From positions 19,034,001 to 19,098,000 of the forward strand of contig OX597826.1 of assembly GCA_951406725.2 (NCBI GenBank): DNA of 64,000 bases. The letters are read 5' to 3'. Below the pieces are notes generated by a model. It had not been told where the DNA came from and did not search any database. It saw only the letters and a list, made by a program, of their open reading frames with translations. Positions within the stretch are counted from its first letter, which is position 1. Every line of letters begins with the position of its first letter. This DNA is from Octopus vulgaris (lineage: Eukaryota). Of this stretch, positions 53,298 to 64,000 are shown in pieces. The translations under genes were made by a program, and so were the position numbers.

Positions 53298-53499
53298 TAT
53301 TCATATATAAACTGATTTCACACATTCAAGTAACACGCATCAAATCACATAATATACGTACGCGCATACATACATGTGCACAGACCCAATTGCATAAATA
53401 CATATACAAGCACGTAGATATGCATATACAGAGTGTTTGGGTTATACTTGACAGTTTGCATAAAAGAATAAAAAATACAAGACCTCATCCAAAAATAAG

Positions 53500-54305
53500 T
53501 ATTTAAAAAAAATCAAAACATTTCAACTACGTTGTGACTGGGAGATACCAGCTTATTCAAAGGAGCCACCCTCAGCTTTTACCACGGCCTCAAGTCGGCT
53601 TCCGAACCTAGCGCATATGTTCTTCACTGTGCCCCTGTGAAGATCTTCGAACACCTCCTTGATCTTGGCCACAAGCCCGCACTTGGTGCTGCAGGCAGAG
53701 TGGTTAGCGTTTTTCTCAATCGTGCTTCACAGATACCAATCCATAGGATTATAATCGGGGGGATTAGGAGACCAGAAATTGGAGCTAGAAATTCTCCGAA
53801 AACCACTTCTGACTTTCTCTGAAGGTATGGCAAGAAGCCAAATCTTGCTGTCACTCATGATATTCCGGCAGCAACCCTCTCCACCCAGGGTTTGACCATA
53901 GTCTCCAGCAGCCTCACATAGCTGTATTGAGCCTAAGTCCCTGTTCAAAGTTGTGGGGCAGCGTGACGTCATTCTCACCAGAGACACGAACATCCTTTCC
54001 GCAGACCACGGCTTCGTAGCTTCATTTGCAGCTGTCCATATCACGTCTTACAACCTTCTCAGTGTTCACAGAGCATTGAGTAGCAGTCATGATGTCGGCA
54101 TTTTGATACCTGATGCCAATCATCATGATACAGGCAACACTTTTCCAATATTCAGATGGTTCCCAGTCAACCATGTCAGCTATTTCTCAACTACAGTTTT
54201 AATCACTATGCTCTCCAACGCCGTTGACTGTTCACCAATACGTCAAGCTCTTCCTGAATAACGGAGACACAAAACAAACATCAAATTTATCCCGAACATC
54301 TTGTA
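53500..54305 (-). mobile_element. Tc1/mariner-superfamily fossil (DD37D/maT-like)
   Basis: FWSPNPPDYNPMDWYL (SPD.NP.D motif) and RLEAVVKAEGG. Confidence 0.7.
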
Positions 54306-54321
54306 CACACAAATATAATAG

Positions 54322-54388
<67 letters not shown>

Positions 54389-54788
54389 CACATTTTCTGA
54401 TGTACATGAATGTGGCTGAAGCAGGTGCACCCAGCTACAGTCAATCGCATGTCTGCACCCAACTACAGATAATCGCATACACACATACACATACACACAC
54501 ACATACATTGACGTATATGTATACTTAGACGCATGCAGATGTAATGTCTTGTACACGACACAGGAAATACACATACGTATATACAGCTATGTGCACACGT
54601 TATGTATAAATGTCCGCCCACACACAATCGTACGCACAAGCACACAGACACAGACACAAACACACACACACACACACACATATATACATAGGTATATACA
54701 AACATACATATAAATATGCATACATATATATAACGTATGTACGTATATACATATATATGTATGTATATTCATATGTATATGTACGTAC

Positions 54789-54836
<48 letters not shown>

Positions 54837-56857
54837 TCACACACCAACTATCTCATATATATATATATATATATACATACATACATAAATATATATATAT
54901 GACAAAAATATTAACAAATTGCAAGAGCATCTCTCTTATTCTCTCTCTCTCTCTCTCTCTCCCTCTTACACAGAAACACACATACACACACACATACAGC
55001 CACCCATATACACACTCATCTGCTCACTTGCACTTAAATACGCGTATATACATATACATATATATGTAAGTAAGTATGGATGTATGTATGGACATACACA
55101 CATACACACACAAACACAGTTCGTTGCCAAATTTCGAATGTACCTGGTGAACCAACCACATGACCGGTATAGAAATAAAGTAAAATAGTAAATGTGTAAA
55201 TATATAAATTGATTTGTTTGGTCTTGTTTATTTTATTAATTTTCCTTACCATGTAGGGAAAACATTGGTGTATTGTGAGGGTGGGATGTACGGGACATTA
55301 CCATAGAGTTACCCTAGTGAGAAAAGAGTGTACGTGTGATAAAATATCTGGGATATTATTTTGTACCTCTTTCCTTTTCTTTGTTACTGGACGTATTTCA
55401 GTTAATAGTTTGACGTCAAACTTCTTGGTTGTCATCAACTTTTCTTAATGCTGTGAACATTCAAAGTGTTACCTGGATATGGTTTTCCTTTTTTTGCTTT
55501 TAAAGGCTTAGTCAGAGGAAGAAGGACATTGTTCATGAGCGTTTCTTGGGCCCCTAGGACCTGTGGGAACGATTTATCGTTAGACCGATAACCTGGTCTG
55601 AATACTTATAACAGAATAAACTCTGCTTACGTGTGTCGAGTGGTGGTGTTAAACCAAGGTTGATTAAATTTCGTTTTAAGATGTAAAATAATGTGAAGCA
55701 TAAATATGAATGAAATGAAGTTAGGTTAGTAACACAGGAAAAAAGAGAGGTAAAACACGTTTCATTAACTGCATCATGAAATAGGATTCAACTACAGATT
55801 CCGTTCGACCTCCAGTTGTTGGGCTTAGCATGTTAGATTAGATGATGGAACTTCTTAATTATTCACCGCATTTATGAGACCCAAATGCAGACAATGTTCA
55901 TGCACAGACTATTGAAGGGCATTGGATGCTGGCAAAGAAAAACGTGCAATGAGAATGTGGGCGAGCAGTCAGGATGTGAACGAGCAATCTTTTCACATAC
56001 GAACTGCATGAACACATGAGATCGCATTTCAACGAACCTAACCTGTTCAAATCAATTAAAATTTATGTATCTATCATATTACTTTCGGTTATCGATCCTT
56101 CCATTTCCTCTCTGTTTTATTGTCGTCACTTTCGCTCCGCTCATTTCCATTAATTTCGCATTAACTTTCACTGTTTTTTTATTCATAAACTAAAATTTAA
56201 CCCTAAGTTTAAGACTCTTGGGGTTAGGGTTAGGATTAGGGTCTACCGCTCAAGGGTTGAGCCTACAATTTAAAGTTTCGATGTCTGTCACCCAAAGAGG
56301 AATTAAATTGTAATAGTATTCAGGTACATATCCTTTCGAAAAGGCGACAGTTACGTACAAACAACGCAAACTGTCTCGTCCTGCCAAGAATCGAATCCTG
56401 TCATTGATCAGTAATTCTGAGGGTTATTGTATGCCGTTGGCGCCTTTCCCCAGTTCTTTGAACGTCGTAAGTGGTTTCTCAGATCAAAAGTAATCTCATC
56501 GATTTTTCCATGGACAATAGGCAGTTTCATTGTTAAAGTCGTTGTTGCGGTTGCTTAGCTTTAGTCAACCCTCATCAAACGGATAGAACTAGGATGGAAG
56601 GCTTTCTAGTCATGAATGTCTGGTCCTTTTAGGGATGTATGTCATTTTTTCCCATTAAGACGGTATTGTGTAATTCGAGGCATACTTGGTCGATATTTCT
56701 TGTGGTATCGAGTTGAATCGAAATTATTTTATATATATATTTCTAACTGGGTGCACATCAATGCTGCAATCATCTATCTTCCAAACAAGAGAAACTCATT
56801 AAATAAATGCAAACAGTTTAATATAATACTAGAAAAATTTCCAGAGATACCATCTAA

Positions 56858-56895
<38 letters not shown>

Positions 56896-56924
56896 GCACG
56901 CACACACACACACACACATATTTG

Positions 56925-57004
<80 letters not shown>

Positions 57005-57189
57005 AATATTAGGGAGTATGTAGTGTTTTTATTTATATTATATTTATCATTCTTTTTATACCTTTTGAAAATATATATATATATATATATTATATATTAT
57101 ATTAATTATATTTATCTCATTTGTTTTTTATGTATTGGTTTATGCCTATCACTGTTTGAGTTGCTTAATAGTGGTTTTATCTCTAATTC

Positions 57190-57238
<49 letters not shown>

Positions 57239-57348
57239 TCATAATTAATCAATATAGGGTAGCAAAAAATTCAGCAGAAATTATTTTGCTACCAGCGATC
57301 TAGTGAGAAAAAAGGAAATAGTCAGAGACTATTTATAAATTCAACAGC

Positions 57349-57532
57349 AAAATTTAGGAACGGCCATGATAGGCCGTTCAACCCACTAGAAATAACAGTC
57401 AAAGCTTCAACCGCAAAATGGTAGTAATTCCGTTTTAATCTTCTCCTGATTTACGTAATTACTACTATTTTGCGGTTGAAGCTTTGGCTGTTATTTCTAG
57501 TGGGTTGAACGGCCTATTATGGCCGTTCCTAA

Positions 57533-57537
<5 letters not shown>
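57349..57537. repeat. Near-perfect palindrome (about 80-bp arms)
   Basis: AAAATTTAGGAACGGCCAT.ATAGGCCGTTCAACCCACTAGAAATAACAG / CTGTTATTTCTAGTGGGTTGAACGGCCTAT.ATGGCCGTTCCTAAATTTT. Confidence 0.92.
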
Positions 57538-57592
<55 letters not shown>

Positions 57593-57596
57593 GTAT

Positions 57597-58130
57597 ATAC
57601 AAACGAGCCGCGTGGGAAAAAATCCTTTGGGTAGGAAATGACGCCATTCTTCCTGCGCATGCATGAAAATTTTTGCGCCGGTAAGCTGTATCAGTTCCCG
57701 GCTGTTACGCCTAAGTACCGAGGTGTAGTGTGCGTTCGTTAGATTTTCGTTTTCATGCAAGATGATGGAACGCATCGAGTAGAGATGTTGCATCGTCAAA
57801 AGCTTGGAGATACTCAAGTTGAAACCAGCCAGAAGATTCAGCAGGCCTTTAACGATGACGCCATGGGCAAAACTCAGATCAAGGAGTGGTACAACCGCTT
57901 CAAACATTAGTGGCACCTTAATGGAGAGCGAAACATGCTCAGGCGGACTATCCACAAGCCGAAACGAGGAGCCGATTGAGAAGGCTCGGCAAACAATCAT
58001 GGAAGCCTGTTGCGTTAGAATCCAGGAAATTGCTCACGAAGTGGAGGATAAGCTCAGGATCAGTTCGATTCACTGTAACGGAGGATGTGTGCATACGAAG
58101 GGTGTCGGCGAAATTCGTAACCAAGGTGCT
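57597..58130 (+). mobile_element. Mariner-like transposon 5' part (HTH region), cut off by a SINE
   Basis: KLGDTQVET..KIQQAF.DDAMGKTQIKEWYNRFK...STSRNEE...RRVSAKFV.K. Confidence 0.8.
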
Positions 58131-58345
58131 GGTGGCGAGATGGCAGAATTGTTAACACGCCGGGCAAAATGCGTAACAACATTGCGTGCGTCTTTATGTT
58201 GTGAGTTCAAATTCCGCCGAGGTGGAGATTACCTTTCATCCTTCTGGGGTCGATAAAATTAATATTAGTTGAGCACTGGGGTCGATGTAAAATAGACTTA
58301 TTCCCTCACCCGAAATTGCTAGCCTCGGCCCAAAATTTGAAATTA
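58131..58345 (+). mobile_element. SINE family B
   Basis: GGTGGCGAGATGGCAGAATTGTTAAC...GAGTTCAAATTCCGCCGAGGT. Confidence 0.85.
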
Positions 58346-58509
58346 TTTTATAATCATGGACAATTTTAAAGAACGGTGAGGCAACGCCCTTCGATCACTG
58401 AACAGACCGGCAAAGCTGTGTCGATCACTAAACGAAGTTTCTATTCTCCAGTTAGATTTTGAATTCAAATAACACGAGTCAAATTTAGCTTCCATTGTTT
58501 TAATCCATT

Positions 58510-58695
58510 CTTCTATAGCCACAAGGCCTGAAATTTGGGCGGGGGGATGGGGTAGTCGATTACATCGACACCAGTGCTCCAAGAGGATGAAAGGCAAAGT
58601 CGATCTCGGCCGAATTTGAGCTTAGGATGCAAAGATGGACGAAATGTCGCCAAGTATTTCGCCCGACGTGTCACCGATTCTGCCAACTCGCTGCC
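58510..58695 (-). mobile_element. SINE family B (inverted relative to the 58131 copy)
   Basis: GGCAGCGAGTTGGCAGAATCGGTGAC... on the minus strand. Confidence 0.8.
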
Positions 58696-59271
58696 TTTCA
58701 TATCTTTGTATTGATAAAGCAAATACAAGTAATGCAGTGTGATCAATGCACTCGAGTGTACTCCTCTTCCTGCATGTGAGTGGTTTAACACTAAAGACCA
58801 TAAACCACAATTAAAGAAGCCTCTACGTATCACTCAGCGTGCTAGAAATAGTAGCCAAATCACTATCAAATCACACACTTCTAATTTAGAATACTGTAGT
58901 ACACGGTACACTACGCCTGAAAAAAAAACAGGGATGGCCATGGATGGAGCACGTTTGATGATAGATAAGGCCGACTTGGAGTGAAACAAAAACAAACTAA
59001 ATAAATTCCTGAACCACTTTCAACCTCATTAAAATATTTCCAAACATTAGGTTCACATGTCCACCTGTGGTTAATACGAGCTGATTGTTTATTTCGTGTG
59101 AAAATATCGCACGAATTATTAAACAAAGATCTCATGATCTAATCCTATCAACAGCTGCGGTTAATGTTTGGTTATCAAGATGTCAATCCTGCAGCGCTAT
59201 CTTCGTGAACCTGTGCCTTCCATGCTGACATATAGCAAACCTGTGTTTACGTGTATGTTGTCGTTTGTGCA

Positions 59272-59321
<50 letters not shown>

Positions 59322-59412
59322 CGGTGCGTTTGAAAAATAAAGACGGAATGATACATAAGGAGAAACACGAGCGAGCGTGCGCGCGGACACATACACACAC
59401 ACAAACATACAC

Positions 59413-59480
<68 letters not shown>

Positions 59481-59594
59481 GGCAGACAGACAGAGTGAGA
59501 GAAAGAGAGGATACATGCAAACACAGAAAACCCCCGTTAGTGAATGACAAAAATACAGAGAAAGATGGGACAATATATATATAAATAAAAAAAG

Positions 59595-59637
<43 letters not shown>

Positions 59638-59796
59638 TAGGAGTAGAGGAGAGATTCGAGCGCTTTATAGAACAGGTCTTGTTGCTTCATTAAGAGGGAG
59701 AAGGAGAGAGGAAAAGAGAGAAATTAGTTTGTTTGGAGATGTTTAAATGATAAACATAGCAGCTCGGAACTATTTGGGAATTGGCCAATATTTCGG

Positions 59797-59857
<61 letters not shown>

Positions 59858-60189
59858 ACCTCTCTCTCCTTAGAGTATCTGTCTGCCTGACTCTCACACC
59901 GATACTCCGTTAATTCTAGGACGTTCACCGAACTGTTTGTCGCATAAGTGAATGTTGAAGAACATAAGCTTAGACGAGCATTCGATAAGCGTGGAATCCA
60001 CAGAACGGTTTCAATATCATCTTGAAATGATTCCTCTTCAACTCACACAAGAAGGTCGCTCGAGAATAGACTGACAATAAATGCATAATTTCAATAACTC
60101 CGCACACACACAAATGCCTCAAAATACCATAGCCTTACGACATTGACATATCACACAACTGAAAGGCCTTCTGTTGTGAAAATTAATTC

Positions 60190-60422
60190 TATATATATTT
60201 CTTTACTAGCCACTAGGGGCTTAACATAGAGGGGACAAACAAGGACAGACAAAGGGATTAAGTTGATTATATCGATCCCAGTGCGAAACTGGTACTTTAT
60301 TTATCGACCCCGAAAGGATGAAAGGCAAAGTCGACCTCGGCGGAATTTGAACTCAGAACGTAGCGGCAGACGAAATACCACTAAGCATTTCGCCCGGCCT
60401 GCAAACGTTTCTGCCAGCTCGC
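60190..60422 (-). mobile_element. SINE family B, young
   Basis: GCGAGCTGGCAGAAACGTT...GAGTTCAAATTCCGCCGAGGTCGACTTTGCCTTTCATCC. Confidence 0.9.
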
Positions 60423-60879
60423 AGAATATATAGTTGTACGAAGCCGATGCCTGATGTTCGAGACTGTCAAGCATTCAACCTTTTCGATTTCGTGTTCAGT
60501 ATCCAGTATCTCACTGTTCTAGATCAAATTTCATCTCTTTCTTCTTTTCAGGAATAGGCACAAGTACCAGCAATATACTGAGGTTGTCATTATCGACTAT
60601 GTCCCTTCTTTCTGGTTCCCCAAAAGCTGTCATTACGCATGAAAGAGTTCTTTCTGAGTAATGTAAACTCTTAATGGTGCAGGAACCAAAAAAGTGAACA
60701 GTTGGTGCCTTTTGTACAGAGCGTAACGTTTACATTTGGAAACGGACTGGTGCTTCTTTTGTCAAGAAATAAGACAGACAAATGAAAAGTAAAGATTAAA
60801 AAAGCGCTTCAAAATGCCGCGCCATATTATTATAATGCATTAAGGAACAGCGGATTCTCGGAGAAGATCCGGTATAATC

Positions 60880-61530
60880 AAAGCACTATTAGCAATAATA
60901 GAATCCGAGAAACTAGAACAAGGCAAGTTTTATGGTTTAATCCGGCATTTAACATTGCAGTAAAAACTAATATAGGTACAGAATTCTTGAAACTAGTTTC
61001 TAGGCACTTCCAAGAAAACCCATAAGTTCTTTAGAATTTCTAATAGAAGTACTCTGATCGTAAAGACAGACGAAATACCTATTTCTATACTACCCACAAG
61101 GGGCTAAACACAGAGAGAACAAACAAGGACAGACAAACGGATTAAGTCGATTATATCGACCCCAGTGCATTACTGGTACTTATTTAATCGACCCCAAAAG
61201 GATGAAAGGCAAAGTCGACCTCGGCGGAACTTGAGCTCAGAACGCAGCGGCAGACGAAATACCGCTAAGCATTTCGCCCGGCGTGCTAACGATTCTGCCA
61301 GCTCGCCGCATAAAGACTAGATTATATTCCAATCGAAATTCATTTCATACCCCGAAAATAGGAGAGCAACGAGTCTTGCCGAACATGTCTGGCATTTAAA
61401 AGAAAATGATACCCGTCCTTTCAATATTAGCTGGACGATCTTGGAGAAAGCTGCACCATATAAGCGTGGAGCATATAGATGCCCTATGAGGTGCAATTTG
61501 TGCCTGACCGAAAATCTCTTCATCCTTTTC
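60880..61530 (+). mobile_element. Decayed Penelope-like fragment of another lineage, interrupted by a SINE
   Basis: RQVLWFNPAFNIAVKTNIGTEFLKLVSRHF before the SINE and TSLAEHVWHLKE...WTILEKAAPY...RCNLCLTE after it. Confidence 0.7.
61078..61308 (-). mobile_element. SINE family B, young
   Basis: Very similar to 60190-60422. Confidence 0.9.
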
Positions 61531-61569
61531 CAGGATAAATATGCATTGAACCATTGGCGGGGGCTTTTG

Positions 61570-62468
61570 GAATCTTTTCTTTTTCATGGGCAGCTCGATT
61601 AATTAATTTTCTTTAACTAAACACTTTGAAACTTCGGACACTGGTAGAATGTGTCATATAGAACATATTTTACTCTTAGCGTCGTTGAGAAAAGTTTCTA
61701 TTTACGAAATTATTTCGTGTTAAAGTTGTATTTCGGTAATTTCAACCAATCAATGACGTGTATTCAGCTGAATAAAATTACTGCTTTTGTTTGTCAACAA
61801 CAACTTCCGGCAGTGTATATTTCGTTTGTCACTGTTATTTATGACATATTTCATATCAGTTACGTTCGTATGAATAAACGGGTGTATCTGAAGCACGTTT
61901 ACTTCATGACACCACCATAATCGTTCGTGCGTTTCTACTGCTTTTAGTTAGTTTTTTTTTTGCCTGTTTTTCGGTTATTTCCGGAAAGACTCCATCCCAC
62001 CCCATTTTCTCGCAAACTATTGCTTTAAAAATAATTTTTTTTTGCCAAAAACCCAGCTTTTCGGATACGGAGATTCCGGAAAATTGCCAAAAACCCTAAC
62101 CCTAACCCTAACCCTAAAACCCTAACCCTAATCCTAAAACTCTAAACCTAACCCTAACCATAAAACTCTAGCCCTAACCCTAAAACCCTAATGCTAAAAT
62201 CAGTACAAACGTACGAACGATGTCATCAATAACAGTGACAAACGAAATATACACCACCGATAGTTGTTGACAAACAACAGCAGTAATTTTATTCAGCTGA
62301 ATACACGTCATTGATAGCACGAAATAACTTCGAAAATAGAAACTTTTCTCAACAATGCTAAAAGTAAAAGATGTTCTATATGACACGTTCTACCAGTATA
62401 CGAAGTTTCAAAGTGTTTAGTTAAAGAAAATTTAATTAATTGAGTTGCCCATGAAAAGGAAAAGATCC
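61570..62468. mobile_element. Non-autonomous DNA transposon with about 260-300-bp TIRs, 8-bp TSD and internal telomere-like repeats
   Basis: TSD GGCTTTTG at 61562-61569 and 62469-62476. Arms 61570-61870 and 62212-62468. (CCCTAA)-like array at 62092-62191. Confidence 0.85.
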
Positions 62469-63127
62469 GGCTTTTGAATTCCTGCAGACATGTTACGAGA
62501 TATGTCGACTGATAAAATACCATACGGATAATAATAATAACTGACTTTCGCATTTGAATTTGGCTTTCCCACCTTAAAGCAGGCGCCTTTTTGAGCCATT
62601 TGATTGTTTTCTTTACAAGCAATTTAGCCCACAATATACCTCACAATTTTGATTTTATTGTACATCTTAAAGCCCCTTTTACAGTCTCCTAATATGTGTT
62701 GTATAGATATCGCGTATTTACAGTAGGCCAAAATGTGTTTTTAAAGACATCAAGTACCAGAATGGATTAGTTTTATTTTTATTTTATTCTTTATTATAAT
62801 TTTATTATTATTTTTTGATATTTTATTGTTTACTTAATTACTTCCTTTACATTTATTTATCATTTTTATTATCATTGATGGAAATGCGATGGTGATGACA
62901 GAGTTTTAATGATCTTAGTAAACATTTTTGGCGATTTTCGACAGTCACTGAGTTTTCTCTTTTAAATTTCGACGAGGCCAAAAATTTATATTATATTATA
63001 ATATTATACTATCAATTTAATTATTTTATTGATTTTTTTTATCAATCCACAATTTGAAGATACACTATTTTAATATTCAATATACAAGACAAACAGTTTT
63101 TAATATATTCGTGTGCGTTTGTTTACG

Positions 63128-63159
<32 letters not shown>

Positions 63160-63181
63160 TGTATGTATGTATGTATGTATG

Positions 63182-63240
<59 letters not shown>

Positions 63241-63411
63241 AATAAAATCAAAAACAGAACACAAAGGATATCGCGGTACACGTGTTTCAAGCTTTATAAA
63301 CGACCTGTTCTTACATAAGTGTATAATCGATATAAAAGATAGTTTAAAGCTCTCTTCGGCCGCATACATTGTTAGTCCAAAGAGTTGCATCACGCTATAA
63401 AAAATATGAAA

Positions 63412-63734
63412 AGTACATGTAGTATTACCCATTATAATAAGTATATCATATCTCCTTGAGAAAGTGTATTTGTAAAATTTCCTAACTGTATAAATGTATA
63501 AAGATTCATTGGATTTCGAAAATCTACCCATACTGTATCACCAGTCAACATAGAGTGAATTTTAAATAGATTCTAGTTAAATGTATTTAACATTCACTCT
63601 ATGTTGACTGGTGATACAGTATGGGCAGATTTTCGCGATCCAGTGAACCTTTATACATTTATGCAGTTAGGAAATTTTACAAATACACTTTCTGAAGGAG
63701 ATATGATATACCTATATATTATACTACATGTACT
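63412..63734. repeat. Long imperfect palindrome (about 155-bp arms)
   Basis: CCCATACTGTATCACCAGTCAACATAGAGTGAAT / ATTCACTCTATGTTGACTGGTGATACAGTATGGG, with pairing extending outward. Confidence 0.92.
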
Positions 63735-63839
63735 ACATGTACTACCGAATAATTGTCACATATAACATTTACAGATAAATTCCTCTATTTACATAATATC
63801 GAGGTCTCTTTCATTCTTTTGTTGTCTTATCATTTCTAT

Positions 63840-63880
<41 letters not shown>

Positions 63881-64000
63881 GATGTATGTATGTATGTATG
63901 TATGTATGTATGTATGTATGTATGTATGTATATACATACATTTATGCTTAACTGTATATTTGTATGCGTGTTTACATGGGTCGGCGAAATTCGTAACCAA

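Noticed and set aside
62092-62191. True telomere or chromosome-fusion scar
   Set aside because: Short, degenerate and enclosed within a TIR element that has a TSD.

Overview
AT-rich, repeat-saturated eukaryotic DNA. The SINE families, very long (TA)/(TACA) microsatellites and retroelement mix look like an octopus or other coleoid cephalopod genome; this is an inference, not a database result. No complete host protein-coding gene is visible, and most long ORFs in the track are microsatellite artefacts. Retroelements present: a 5'-truncated but uninterrupted CR1-type LINE ORF2 (10285-12868), two decayed RTE LINEs with a PHD-like finger inside the RT, RTE-1-like, Dong/R4-like and Jockey/CR1-group remnants, several Penelope-like (GIY-YIG) elements, and about 20 tRNA-derived SINEs from three families. 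DNA elements present: mariner/Tc1 fossils, non-autonomous Helitrons, long-TIR fold-back elements and palindromes. One GC-richer unique island (about 19850-20350) looks like a minus-strand first exon with a short uORF. The most notable signal is a set of hammerhead-ribozyme motifs: a canonical divergent pair in an inverted repeat (14436-15080) and at least four minimal core-variant motifs with covarying helix I in Penelope-like termini. Boundaries were read by eye and are approximate unless exact motifs are quoted.
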